64,000 nucleotides of DNA. It comes from Candidatus Marinacidobacterales bacterium (lineage in GTDB: Bacteria > Acidobacteriota > Vicinamibacteria > Marinacidobacterales > DATDRI01). Made by a program: the position numbers and the translations under genes. Below the pieces are notes generated by a model. It was not told where the DNA came from, did no database searches, and worked only from the letters and a program-made list of their open reading frames with translations. Below, piece after piece: positions 9,079 through 17,729 of this stretch; position 1 is the stretch's first letter, and every line of letters begins with the position of its first letter. The stretch is from contig OZ245365.1 of NCBI GenBank assembly GCA_965226495.1, positions 2,144,001 to 2,208,000 on the forward strand, in the 5' to 3' direction.

Positions 9079-9906
9079 TTAGGCTGGGCCGTCGTCGCCG
9101 GCCGGATACACGTGGATGTCCCGCTGGGGGAAGGGAATGCCGATGCCCGCCTCGTCCAGGGCAATCTTTACGGCGCGGATTGTAGCCTCCTTGACCGCCA
9201 GGAAGTCTGCTCTCGGCGACCAGACCCGCACTTGCCAGTCTACCGAGGAGGCTCCGAGCCCGGTCAAAACGACTTGTATGTCTTTCCCCGGCAGGCGGCC
9301 GGGGACGTTGGAGGCAGCCCCCTCCAACACCTCGCGCGTGCGGTCTATGCTCGCGGCGTAGTCGGCGCCCACGTCGACGTCAGCGCGTCGAACGTCATGG
9401 TACGAAATGTTCTCGATAGTGGTACCGAATACTGAGCTGTTGGGCAGAACGATACGCCGGTTGTCCGGCGTGTCGAGGGTAGTGGTGAACAGACCGATGG
9501 CGTCGACGGTACCCGTTTGTCCCGCCACGTTGACGAACTGTCCGATCTGGAAGGGCCGGAAGACCAGGAGCATGACGCCGGCTGCGAAGTTGGAAAGGGC
9601 GCCTTGAAACGCGAGGCCGATTGCGATGCCGCCCGCGCCGAGCACCGCCGCGAAGCTCGTCGTCTCGACCCCAAAGACGCCGAGGCAGGCGAGCCCGGCG
9701 AGCACCAGGACGGTCCAGCGGGCGGCGCTTCCGAAGAATTTGGTGAGCGTGGGATCGAAACGCGCCCGCTCGAGGCTTCGCACTACGCCGCGCCGTACCC
9801 AGGCCGAGGCCATCCAGGCGATGCCCAGGAGGACGAAGACACCAACGACGCGCACCGCGTAGGTCGTGATCAACGTCTGAAAACTGCTTAGGTCCAACTC
9901 ACCCAT
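9079..9906 (-). CDS. mscS: Small-conductance mechanosensitive channel
   Basis: GAGGIAIGLAFQGALSNFAAGVMLLVFRPF, TPDNRRIVLPNS, GIGIPFPQRDIH; ATG at 9906 with GAGGTG upstream. Confidence 0.92.
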   Translation of the reverse strand: MGELDLSSFQTLITTYAVRVVGVFVLLGIAWMASAWVRRGVVRSLERARFDPTLTKFFGSAARWTVLVLAGLACLGVFGVETTSFAAVLGAGGIAIGLAFQGALSNFAAGVMLLVFRPFQIGQFVNVAGQTGTVDAIGLFTTTLDTPDNRRIVLPNSSVFGTTIENISYHDVRRADVDVGADYAASIDRTREVLEGAASNVPGRLPGKDIQVVLTGLGASSVDWQVRVWSPRADFLAVKEATIRAVKIALDEAGIGIPFPQRDIHVYPAGDDGPA

Positions 9907-10185
9907 AAAAACACCTCTCCTGCCGCAAGCCGCTCCTTGTCGTTCAGAGCAGGTCCATATCGTTCGGCTACGGTCTCTGGTTCGCCATCGACCGCCAGTC
10001 GCTCGAACCGGCCGAGGAGAGACTACCACAATGAAACACGGCGAGAAGTAGTGGGGGAGTTTTATTCCGCCGCGGTTTCATTCGGACAGATCTACGGCGT
10101 CTAGGATGGAATCTAGCGATCGTGTTAGCATGAGGCGAATCGCCGTAATCGCCATAGTTGCCTGCCTTCGATTGGACGAAGTGCT

Positions 10186-11136
10186 ATGCGGATCATCGAA
10201 GAAGAGAAGCTGAGAGATTAGATCAAGGCACCCGAGGCATTGGAATCGGCGGAGCGAGCCTTTCGCGCGTTGGCCGAGGGACGCGTGGAGCAACCGCCTC
10301 CGATGGCGCTGGATGTAGCCCCGGTCCGGGGAGAAGTACATGTGAAGGGGGCCTACTTAACGGGATCGAAGTTCTTCGCCATCAAGGTCGCTTCTGGTTT
10401 TTATGGCAACACCGACAAGAATCTACCCACCGGGTCGGGCCTGGTGTTGGTCTTCGACGCGGAGACCGGGTTTCCGCTAGCGCTATTGCGGGACAACGCG
10501 TACCTGACCGATCTGCGAACCGCCGCGGCGGGGGCCCTGGCGGCTCGGCTTCTTGCCCCCACGTCGGTGGCGCGGGTCGCGATGTTGGGAAGCGGGGTTC
10601 AGGCTAGATACCAGCTTCGGGCCATCGCTCGAGTGTGTGAGTTCGAAGGTGTCGCCGTCTGGAGTCCCCATCGCGACCGCGTGGCGTCCTACTGCCAGGA
10701 GATGCGAGGTGTGAGCTCGGGAAAACAGTCGCGCCGGCCGACACTCCGGAGCAGGCCCTGCGGGGGGCGCAATTGGTCGTGACCTGCACCCCGTCCCGGG
10801 AGCCGCTGGTGCAAAGCGCATGGTTGGAGTCCGACGCGACGATCATTGCCGTGGGCTCCGACGGACCCGACAAGCAGGAGCTAACTGCCGAGGTGATTGC
10901 CGGGGCCGACAAGGTTGTTGCCGACCGGTTTTCGCAAATGCGTTCGCTTGGGAGAGATCCACCATGCGGTGGAGGCGGATCTTTTCAAAGAAGAGGACCT
11001 TCACGCCGAGCTCGGTGAGGTCCTGATCGGACGCCAGGCGGGCCGTGTGGGGAAAGAACTGATCGTCTGTGACCTGACCGGCGTAGGGGCGCAGGACGCC
11101 GCCATAGCGGAAGTCGCTTGGGAACGGTCAGGGTGA
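10186..11136 (+). pseudogene. Ornithine cyclodeaminase/mu-crystallin family gene, disrupted (in-frame TAG plus two frameshifts) or mis-assembled
   Basis: MRIIEEEKLRD-TAG(10219-10221)-IKAPEALESAERAF...LTDLRTAAAG...GSGVQA; shift near 10705-10713 to ELGKTV...VVTCTPS...AVGSD; shift near 10936-10938 to CVRLGEIHHA...DLTGVGAQDAAIA. Confidence 0.85.
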
Positions 11137-12531
11137 AGCCAGCCCCGCGGCCACTGTGCGCTGCGAGTATCCGTTCTTCTTCGCCTCTTCGAGCGTGTCT
11201 TGGTAGCTGCGATAGATTCGCCGGAGCTCCAATCTGAGCAAGGGCGACGAAACGCCTTTGTCGCGCGCCCGTACCCGTAGCTCACGCTCAGCATGTTCGA
11301 CTCCCGGCCACAATTGGCCCTTCATAGATTCGACCATGTGTTCGTCGTATCCGAAGCCGAATCCCACGATGCTAGGCAACGGTACCTCGTACTTGTCGCT
11401 GAGGCCGAGCGCAGCGAACGGGAAACCATGGGCCCAATCGAGATGGTGTCCAATGAGCATCTTCTTCGGATTCACCGAAATGAGCCCGTGCGGTACGGAG
11501 TTGGCGTCAGGGATATCATAGTGGGCCCGCAACATATCGGTGAGATTCATGGCGGCCTGAATCTGGGCCGGCGTCAGTAGCTCCGCTTCGTTCGCCCCTG
11601 CCTTCCACGCACTTTCGAAACATACGCCTAAGAAGCTGTCGTTCAGATCGAGATAGTAGTTATCGTCGTCGGCCCAGATGGATCGGCCGGCGTGGTACGC
11701 CACGTCGGACTCCTCGACGAGCCGGTAGATGCGACCGAACCGATCGATCAGGTAGTGATAGTTGCCGTGCTTACGTAGCCAGCGAAGGAGGCCGCGGGTG
11801 TTCCGAAGAATGGAGCTGGTCTGCCCAGGCTCGAAGGGAGCGATGTCGCTCTCGCTGGTGTGGTAGACGATGCCGGCTGGCTTGTCCTCGACGAAAGCCG
11901 GGTCGCCGCCGTCGCGGGGGAAGACGAGGTAGCGGCGCTTCTCGGTGCTCACCTTATAGGAGGTGAGTATTCTCAGCCCGTTGCTCCATAGTTCACCTTG
12001 CGGTGCCGCTTCCACCTGCCAAACCTTCTCGGGGGCCATACCCACCCGTGACGTCGGATAGCCGGCCGCAGGCGCGTCGCGGCGCCGTCCGCGTCCGCGG
12101 GGCGAGGGCTGGGTGGAGGTGAAGGGCGGCCACATCTGCGCGACGAGACTTACGCCTTTGCGCGCCGCCCGGTAGCCGCGGGGGCCGAGCGAGTATCCAA
12201 GAGAGGCCACTCCCGCAAGGAGAAGGACCAGGACGACCTTGCGAGCACGGTAGAGGGCCCAACTCGGCTGCGGTAGCGCAGGCACCGGGCCCAGTCGTCG
12301 TTCGTTGCTCAGTTCTTCCAAGGCTTCGAAACAGGCGAGGCGTACCGCGACCGGCTTCAGCAAGCTCGATCTACGGAGAAGCCCAGGCTGCTTTTCGTAC
12401 ACTTCCAGCGTTCGCTGGATGAAGCGGAGCTTGCTTCCCGGGTCCTGGATCGAGGGTGCGACGCTTTCGATGGCCCTTTGGAGCTGTCGTTCCGGGAGAG
12501 GGACCGGCTTGGGTTTTTTCATCGCACCCAC
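11128..12531 (-). CDS. Membrane-anchored N-acetylmuramoyl-L-alanine amidase (Amidase_2/PGRP fold)
   Basis: TM segment VVLVLLLAGVASLGY; Zn-amidase motifs IVYHTSE, YHYLIDRFGRIYRLV, AYHAGRS, LNDSFLGVCFE, TPAQI, PHG, HLD. Alternative ATG at 12522. Confidence 0.82.
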   Translation of the reverse strand: MGAMKKPKPVPLPERQLQRAIESVAPSIQDPGSKLRFIQRTLEVYEKQPGLLRRSSLLKPVAVRLACFEALEELSNERRLGPVPALPQPSWALYRARKVVLVLLLAGVASLGYSLGPRGYRAARKGVSLVAQMWPPFTSTQPSPRGRGRRRDAPAAGYPTSRVGMAPEKVWQVEAAPQGELWSNGLRILTSYKVSTEKRRYLVFPRDGGDPAFVEDKPAGIVYHTSESDIAPFEPGQTSSILRNTRGLLRWLRKHGNYHYLIDRFGRIYRLVEESDVAYHAGRSIWADDDNYYLDLNDSFLGVCFESAWKAGANEAELLTPAQIQAAMNLTDMLRAHYDIPDANSVPHGLISVNPKKMLIGHHLDWAHGFPFAALGLSDKYEVPLPSIVGFGFGYDEHMVESMKGQLWPGVEHAERELRVRARDKGVSSPLLRLELRRIYRSYQDTLEEAKKNGYSQRTVAAGLASP

Positions 12532-12597
12532 CCCGCGGCCCCGCCCGGTGTGCGCGACGGGAAGGTGCTCGGTTTCACGAATTACGGATACAGGGCA

Positions 12598-13620
12598 CTA
12601 TGAGTCGTTGACGGCGGCGACGAGGGCTCCAGCGGCGGTAGCCTGCATGGGTCGTGGCGACAATCTCACCTCAGAAACCTCGATCGGACACTTCGATTCT
12701 TTCAGGACGGTCTCGAACTTCTCCCGGAAACCCTTGGGCCGAGCCGTTCCGCCGGCGAGCACAACGGGGACCGCTCGATCCAGCTTGGGAACGTTGGACG
12801 CCTTTCCGAAGGCCTCATTCAAGTTCGTAACCAGGGTTTGAATGACGTCGTCATAGTAGATGTGCAAGGCCTCTTCCACCTTGTCGCTCGGTTTACGGGA
12901 GAGATCGAGGGAAGCCTCCTTGATCATTTTTACCCTGGTAGCGGATTCACCGGTCACTGAGCCCACGCTACGATCGATATAATCGCCCGCCTTGGTTGTG
13001 CTAAAGGAAAGGACGGGAACCGACAAGAACGCCAGGCACACGTTGCACATGCCTCCCCCCGCGGAGACTCCGATTCCGGTGAAGCTCTCCTTTTCGAGCT
13101 CAGAATACACAATGGCTTGCCCTTCGTTGATGCTCTTGACTCGATAGCCCAGCTCTGTGAGAAACTTCTTCAGGAACTCCTCGTGGTAGATCAAGTCGCT
13201 CGGTGCTTCGACCGGTGCGCTGGGCACCGAGAAGCAGATGAGCTCTTCTCTGCTTTTCGGTTTTTTCACTAGCCCCTTGATGATGACCTTGATGAGGGTG
13301 AGCGCCGAAGGCTCGTTCGGGTTGATGAGCCCACGACTCATCGGCCGACGTGTCTCCGCGTTGAAGAGGCTCGCGAATTTTTCCGCGCTATTCCCGTAGA
13401 CGAAGAAGTGGCCGTTCTCCTGGTAGTAGTGCACCTTGTTCTGCAGGAGGATGTTCTCGGTAATACGGGAATAGGGAAGGGGAATGAAAGCGTTGACTTC
13501 GACGGATGCCTGGAGCTCACGTCCGGTGCGGCGGGCGACCAAGATCTTGCTGGTCCCGACATCCAGCCCGATTCGGCCTTCCGCGCTCGGAACGACGCTC
13601 TGGGTTTTTGGGTTCTCCAT
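12598..13620 (-). CDS. Actin-fold ATPase, volactin/Mad28-like (paralog B)
   Basis: Phosphate-1 IGLDVGTS, ETRRPMSRG, SVPSAP...YHE, connect-1 INEGQA, phosphate-2 GIGVSAGGG, AGDYID, adenosine VLAGGT, connect-2 PMQATAAGAL. Confidence 0.85.
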   Translation of the reverse strand: MENPKTQSVVPSAEGRIGLDVGTSKILVARRTGRELQASVEVNAFIPLPYSRITENILLQNKVHYYQENGHFFVYGNSAEKFASLFNAETRRPMSRGLINPNEPSALTLIKVIIKGLVKKPKSREELICFSVPSAPVEAPSDLIYHEEFLKKFLTELGYRVKSINEGQAIVYSELEKESFTGIGVSAGGGMCNVCLAFLSVPVLSFSTTKAGDYIDRSVGSVTGESATRVKMIKEASLDLSRKPSDKVEEALHIYYDDVIQTLVTNLNEAFGKASNVPKLDRAVPVVLAGGTARPKGFREKFETVLKESKCPIEVSEVRLSPRPMQATAAGALVAAVNDS

Positions 13621-13640
13621 GGCTTTGTCCTCTAATTAAT

Positions 13641-14118
13641 GCGAGTGGGCTCCTCGCCCACTCGCTGGCCCTCGCTCTTCGCTCGGGCCTAAAACCACGG
13701 CCGCATTCCCTTGCGCGCCGTATGTTGCCATCGCAATTCCTCGCGGCCGACGGGCCCGTTGCTGCTCGCGGGGCTATCGCCCACGCATTTCCCTCGGGCT
13801 TCCGCAACGGCGTTGGGGCCCCACCCCCAACGCTTGATGCTCCGTCGCCTTCGCGACTGCGCATGGGCTCAAGGCTGCGCTCGGCCTTCCTTCGGCGGGC
13901 GGGTTCCCTTGAGCACTTCTATTCATTGACTCAATTCCTCCTGGCCGATGGCCCTGACGGGCCCGTTCGTGCGCGCGGGCTCCTCATCCACGCGTTTACC
14001 TAATTTGCTCATCATTCATCAATTGCCTGGGGCCCCACCCCCAGGCTTGTCGCTTCGGCGGCTGCGCGCCTGCGCGACGGCTGAAGGCTCCCCGGCCGAT
14101 GGCCCTGACGGGCCCGTT
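13641..14118. repeat. Structured intergenic repeat array (REP-like hairpins, two to three imperfect units)
   Basis: Identical 25-mer GGCCGATGGCCCTGACGGGCCCGTT at 13943 and 14094 (shortened copy at 13745); CAATTCCTC at 13734 and 13932; hairpins with a CCCCAC loop at 13810-13833 and 14025-14046; perfect 10-bp stem at 13641-13665; GCTCAAGG/CCTTGAGC stem at 13867-13914. Confidence 0.85.
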
Positions 14119-15187
14119 AGTTGTCATACATGGCTGCGAGCAGGGCACCCCGAGCCGTGGCTGTCAAGGGATCCTTACCCAAGCGTACACCGGCCAACTG
14201 AATCGGAAGCTTCTGCGCCGTTAGGGCCCGGTCGAAGTTCAGCTTGAACCCTTTCGGGAGGGCGCTGCCTCCCGCCAGTACCACCGGCAGAGGATGGTCC
14301 AGTTTCGGCATGTTCTGGGTTCGGGCAAGCGCCTCCTCGATACCCTCGACCACGGTTGTAATCAAATCCTCGTAATAGATGTGGAGGGCGCCCTCGATCT
14401 TGGTCTTGGGCTTGCGATTGAGATCGAGCCCCTCTTCCTTGATGGCCCGAACCCTCGTCGCGGTCTCGCCACTCACTTTGCCGACCGCCTCGTCGATATC
14501 GTCTCCGCCTTTTCCGATCGCGAAAGAAAACACCGGCACGGAGAGATAGGCGAGCGAGACGTTGGTCAAGCCGCCGCCAAAGCTGATGCCGATGCCGGAG
14601 AAGTTCTCCTTCTCCAGTTCGGAGAAGACCACTGCCAACCCTTCGTTGATGCTCTTGGCCTCGTAGCCCATGCTTTCCAACATTTGTTTTATCAAGGCTT
14701 CATGGTAAACGAGACTCGTACGCCCCTTGAGCGGCTTGCCGGGAACGCTGTAGCAAATCACGCTCCCTTTCGGTTTCTTGGGGCCGAGCAATTTCTTGAC
14801 GATGACCTGAAGAAGTTTTTGGGCGTACGGCTCTGTCGCGTTGACCAGACCGTGGCGCATCGGCCGTCTGGTCTCGGCGTTGAACATGTTTGCGAATTTC
14901 GCTGCGCCGTTGCCGTAAACGACGATCCGACGGCCCGCACGGACGAAATCGATATCGTTCTGGTCCAGAATCTGTTCGGTAAATTTCGAAGGGGGGAGAT
15001 CGATGAACGCGTTCAACTCGCGCGCGGAACGGAATCCCTTTCCGTTCTTGCGTGCGGTCACCACGGTGCTGGTGCCGAGGTCGAGCCCCGCAGCATGGCC
15101 GTTCGAAACTCTGCCATTCGAACTCGAACGGGTCGGAGTTTTTCGACCCTTGGAGGCACTCTTCCTAATGGTTTTTCTCGAAACCAT
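14117..15187 (-). CDS. Actin-fold ATPase, volactin/Mad28-like (paralog A, with basic N-terminal extension)
   Basis: GLDLGTS, FANMFNAETRRPMRHG, SVPG...YHE, INEGLAVVFSEL, GIGISFGGG, GGDDID, VLAGGS, DPLTATARGALLAA; SD AAGGTGG upstream. Confidence 0.85.
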   Translation of the reverse strand: MVSRKTIRKSASKGRKTPTRSSSNGRVSNGHAAGLDLGTSTVVTARKNGKGFRSARELNAFIDLPPSKFTEQILDQNDIDFVRAGRRIVVYGNGAAKFANMFNAETRRPMRHGLVNATEPYAQKLLQVIVKKLLGPKKPKGSVICYSVPGKPLKGRTSLVYHEALIKQMLESMGYEAKSINEGLAVVFSELEKENFSGIGISFGGGLTNVSLAYLSVPVFSFAIGKGGDDIDEAVGKVSGETATRVRAIKEEGLDLNRKPKTKIEGALHIYYEDLITTVVEGIEEALARTQNMPKLDHPLPVVLAGGSALPKGFKLNFDRALTAQKLPIQLAGVRLGKDPLTATARGALLAAMYDN

Positions 15188-15306
15188 GGTCCACCTTCTT
15201 TTCGTGAGCTCCGCAGAGGTCGTTTTAGAGGAACTTCGCCGCCTTGGGCAGTACCCGCCCAGGAATCAGTATGTATAGAAGGTACTATCGGATCAGAAGC
15301 TAGAAA

Positions 15307-15335
15307 ATCGTAGCATCATGCCAACTTCCTGTCAA
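15307..15335 (-). promoter_or_regulatory. Sigma70-type promoter for the actin-like gene pair
   Basis: Minus strand TTGACA-17 nt-TACGAT with an extended TGn before the -10, about 120 nt upstream of the ATG at 15187. Confidence 0.7.
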
Positions 15336-15452
15336 CCGGCTCAGAAACTACTTTATTTGTTGGAGTTACAGGCCGATTGCCGTCCTTGTCGCCGGGGTGG
15401 GAAAAAAACTACACGTCAATAAAATGGCTTCGTTTCTATAAGCCTCGCCCTT

Positions 15453-15526
15453 CCGCCTACGCTAAAGCTACGGCGAGACCACGCCTTCGCCGTTGTCGCA
15501 CCGAGCACGTTCCAACGGCGAAGGCG
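15453..15526. repeat. REP-like palindromic element
   Basis: CCGCCTACGCTAAAGCTACGGCG small hairpin followed by a perfect 14-bp stem CGCCTTCGCCGTTG (15482-15495) / CAACGGCGAAGGCG (15513-15526). Confidence 0.7.
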
Positions 15527-15537
15527 GGCACTCCTCA

Positions 15538-15546
15538 TGCTATACT
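15538..15546 (+). promoter_or_regulatory. Extended -10 element upstream of the DAACS transporter
   Basis: TGCTATACT, 35 nt upstream of the ATG at 15582. Confidence 0.5.
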
Positions 15547-15581
15547 GCCGCGGTTTTTCTAGTTCACGTCGCGCAACTCAG

Positions 15582-16880
15582 ATGGCACCAGAAGCAAAAG
15601 GAACCCCTCTCCACACGAAGATCCTGATCGGCTTCGTGGTCGGCGGTGCGGCGGGCGTGACGGTGAACCAGCTCACCGCGACCGGGACCATTCGCTACTC
15701 GACCCTGGAATGGTTCGTGGCAAACGTGACCGCCCCGATCGGTCAGATCTTTCTGAATCTACTCTTCATGGTCGTCATTCCGATCGTGTTCTGTTCTTTG
15801 TCGCTGGGCGTTGCACGGTTGGGCAATGTGGGGAAGCTCGGCCGCCTTGGCGCGAAGACCTTCGGCTATTTTCTAGTGACCAGCACGATCTCGGTAGCCA
15901 TCGGGGTGACAATGGTGAATATGTTGCGGCCGGGTGAGGGCTTCGACCCGGAGACGCAACGAGCGCTCATGGAAAAATTCGGAGGACAAGCCGAGCAACG
16001 AGCAACCATTGCCGGAGACGGCAAGTTTTGGCCCGACATGTTAGTGGGCATGGTGAGTCGCAACCCGATACGTGACGCCGCCGAGACCCAAATGCTACCG
16101 ATCATTGTTTTCGCAATCCTCTTCGGCTTGGCACTCACGATGATTCCTCGCGAGCGCGCCGAGCCAACGATCAAAGTGCTCGATGGGATCGGAGATGCGA
16201 TGGTTGTCATCGTCGGGTTCGCCATGCGGATCGCCCCTTTTGCCGTGCCGGCGCTAATCTTCGATGTTACGGCCCTTTTCGGCTGGGAGATTCTCAGGCA
16301 ACTCTCTTTTTACGTCATCATTGTTTTGGTTGGCTATCTCCTGCATCTATTCGGCACGTTCTCGGTGCTGCTGCGAGTCTTCGCCCGTTATTCGCCCGGG
16401 CGGTTTTTCAAGAAGATGATTCCGGTCATGGTTACTGCGTTTTCCACGAGTTCCTCGAACGCCACGCTGCCGACGACGATCAAGACCAGCGAGGAAGAGT
16501 TAGGTGTGCCTTCGGAGATCGCAGGCTTTGTTCTCCCTCTCGGTGCAACGATCAACATGAATGGGAGCTCCTTGTTCGCGAGCGTGGTCGTACTCTTTGT
16601 CGCTCAGGTGTTCGGGGTCGAGTTGTCTCTGGGGACGCAGTTCTTGGTGGTCTTGCTCTCCGTGTTCACGGCGGTGGGGGCGGCGGGGGTGCCCGGTGGA
16701 GCGATTCCCTTGTTGGTCGTGGTCTTGGAAATGGTTGGCGTTCCGGGCGAGGGCATAGCCATCATCATCGGGGTGGATCGTATTCTAGACATGGGGCGCA
16801 CGGTGGTGAACGTTACGGGTGACGCCGCCGCGGCGTGCTTCATTGCGAGCAGCGAAGGTTATCCCTTGAAGATCGGCTAG
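15582..16880 (+). CDS. Dicarboxylate/amino acid:cation symporter (DAACS, GltP/DctA family)
   Basis: FSTSSSNATLP serine motif, LPLGATINMNGS (NMDG variant), GAAGVPG, DRILDMGRTVVNVTGD. Confidence 0.93.
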   Translation: MAPEAKGTPLHTKILIGFVVGGAAGVTVNQLTATGTIRYSTLEWFVANVTAPIGQIFLNLLFMVVIPIVFCSLSLGVARLGNVGKLGRLGAKTFGYFLVTSTISVAIGVTMVNMLRPGEGFDPETQRALMEKFGGQAEQRATIAGDGKFWPDMLVGMVSRNPIRDAAETQMLPIIVFAILFGLALTMIPRERAEPTIKVLDGIGDAMVVIVGFAMRIAPFAVPALIFDVTALFGWEILRQLSFYVIIVLVGYLLHLFGTFSVLLRVFARYSPGRFFKKMIPVMVTAFSTSSSNATLPTTIKTSEEELGVPSEIAGFVLPLGATINMNGSSLFASVVVLFVAQVFGVELSLGTQFLVVLLSVFTAVGAAGVPGGAIPLLVVVLEMVGVPGEGIAIIIGVDRILDMGRTVVNVTGDAAAACFIASSEGYPLKIG

Positions 16881-16961
16881 TCCTGTTCCAACTTGATTCG
16901 CCCAGAACGTGATTAGGCAAGATCACTCTTGGTGTCCTTGGCGAGACTAGTTGGAACGGAA

Positions 16962-17633
16962 CTAGTTCTCGGTCTCCGCCTCGATTTCCTGGGCTCTCCG
17001 GTAATCCTCAGGCGTATTGAGGTTGAAGAATGAAAGCCCTCGAGGGTCTAGAGACTGCAACTCCACTTCCTTCACCCAGCGCACCGAGACATCGGCGAGG
17101 AAGTCGGCGGCCTTTAGGCTGCCCCGCTTCAGGCGGGCTTCTACCGCTCCCAGGCAGCGAACCGAGTAGAAAGCACAGACCGGAACCGGATGGTCCTCCC
17201 ACACCGGGACCACTGCGTCATGCCCGGGGAGCAGGCCGGCTAGGCGGCTCAGGAGAGCTCGATCGAGAAAAGGGAAGTCGCAGCCGGTCACCAGGACGAG
17301 CTCGTGGGCGGCCGTCGCCAGAGCAGCGTGGATGCCACCGAGAGGGCCGGAATCGGACAGTAGATCCGGCTGGATGGGGAGGCCTAGCTGCTCGATCTGT
17401 GGCCTCGGCGGGCCGATGATTCGGATCGGGTCATAATTCGCCGCCCGCAGCGTCTCAATTAATTTCTCGATAACCGTCTTGCTTCCAAGGCGAAGAAACG
17501 CCTTGTCGGAGCCCATGCGGCGGGAGCGCCCGCCGGCCAGGATTGCCGCCTCGATGGGCGGAAGTGACGGCAAGTGCTGTCGCGGGAGAAGAGGTTCGCG
17601 AAATGGTATAATTAGGCTTACTCCGTTAGTCAT
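16962..17633 (-). CDS. mobA: Molybdenum cofactor guanylyltransferase (true start probably about 20 codons downstream)
   Basis: AILAGGRSRRMGSDKA, GPLGGIHAAL, CDFPF, FFNLNTPEDY. Confidence 0.88.
   Translation of the reverse strand: MTNGVSLIIPFREPLLPRQHLPSLPPIEAAILAGGRSRRMGSDKAFLRLGSKTVIEKLIETLRAANYDPIRIIGPPRPQIEQLGLPIQPDLLSDSGPLGGIHAALATAAHELVLVTGCDFPFLDRALLSRLAGLLPGHDAVVPVWEDHPVPVCAFYSVRCLGAVEARLKRGSLKAADFLADVSVRWVKEVELQSLDPRGLSFFNLNTPEDYRRAQEIEAETEN
17604..17612 (+). promoter_or_regulatory. Extended -10 element (TGnTATAAT) upstream of the V4R gene
   Basis: TGGTATAAT, a perfect extended -10 in an otherwise GC-rich region, about 120 nt upstream of the V4R ORF. Confidence 0.5.
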
Positions 17634-17729
17634 GATAATCGGGCGCCGACTCGGGGGGCAACTAGCCCAAGACCCAGACGCTCCGGGTTCCGTCTACGGC
17701 AAGCAATACTGATTGGCCCGGGAGGGGTC

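Noticed and set aside
10219-10221. Amber read-through (pyrrolysine or recoding) in the cyclodeaminase gene
   Set aside because: The same gene has two frameshifts, TAG terminates many other genes in the window, and no pyl genes are present.
13641-14118. CRISPR array, or the coding ORFs 13506-14003, 13517-13864 and 13948-14247
   Set aside because: Repeats are few, degenerate and irregularly spaced with no cas genes; the ORFs are Arg/Pro/Ala-rich translations of palindromes.
12598-15187. Magnetosome island, or an mreB/parM locus
   Set aside because: No mam/mad, mreCD or parR/centromere neighbours in the window, and the motifs differ from MreB and ParM.
14294-15313. 339-aa plus-strand ORF
   Set aside because: Antisense shadow of actin paralog A with no motifs; the same applies to long antisense or alternative-frame ORFs over alaS, hrcA, ald, rsmB and lon.
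15310-15325. Sigma54 promoter (TTGGCA...) upstream of the actin pair
   Set aside because: No GC at the -12 position (GG-N10-CG); the sigma70 reading fits better.
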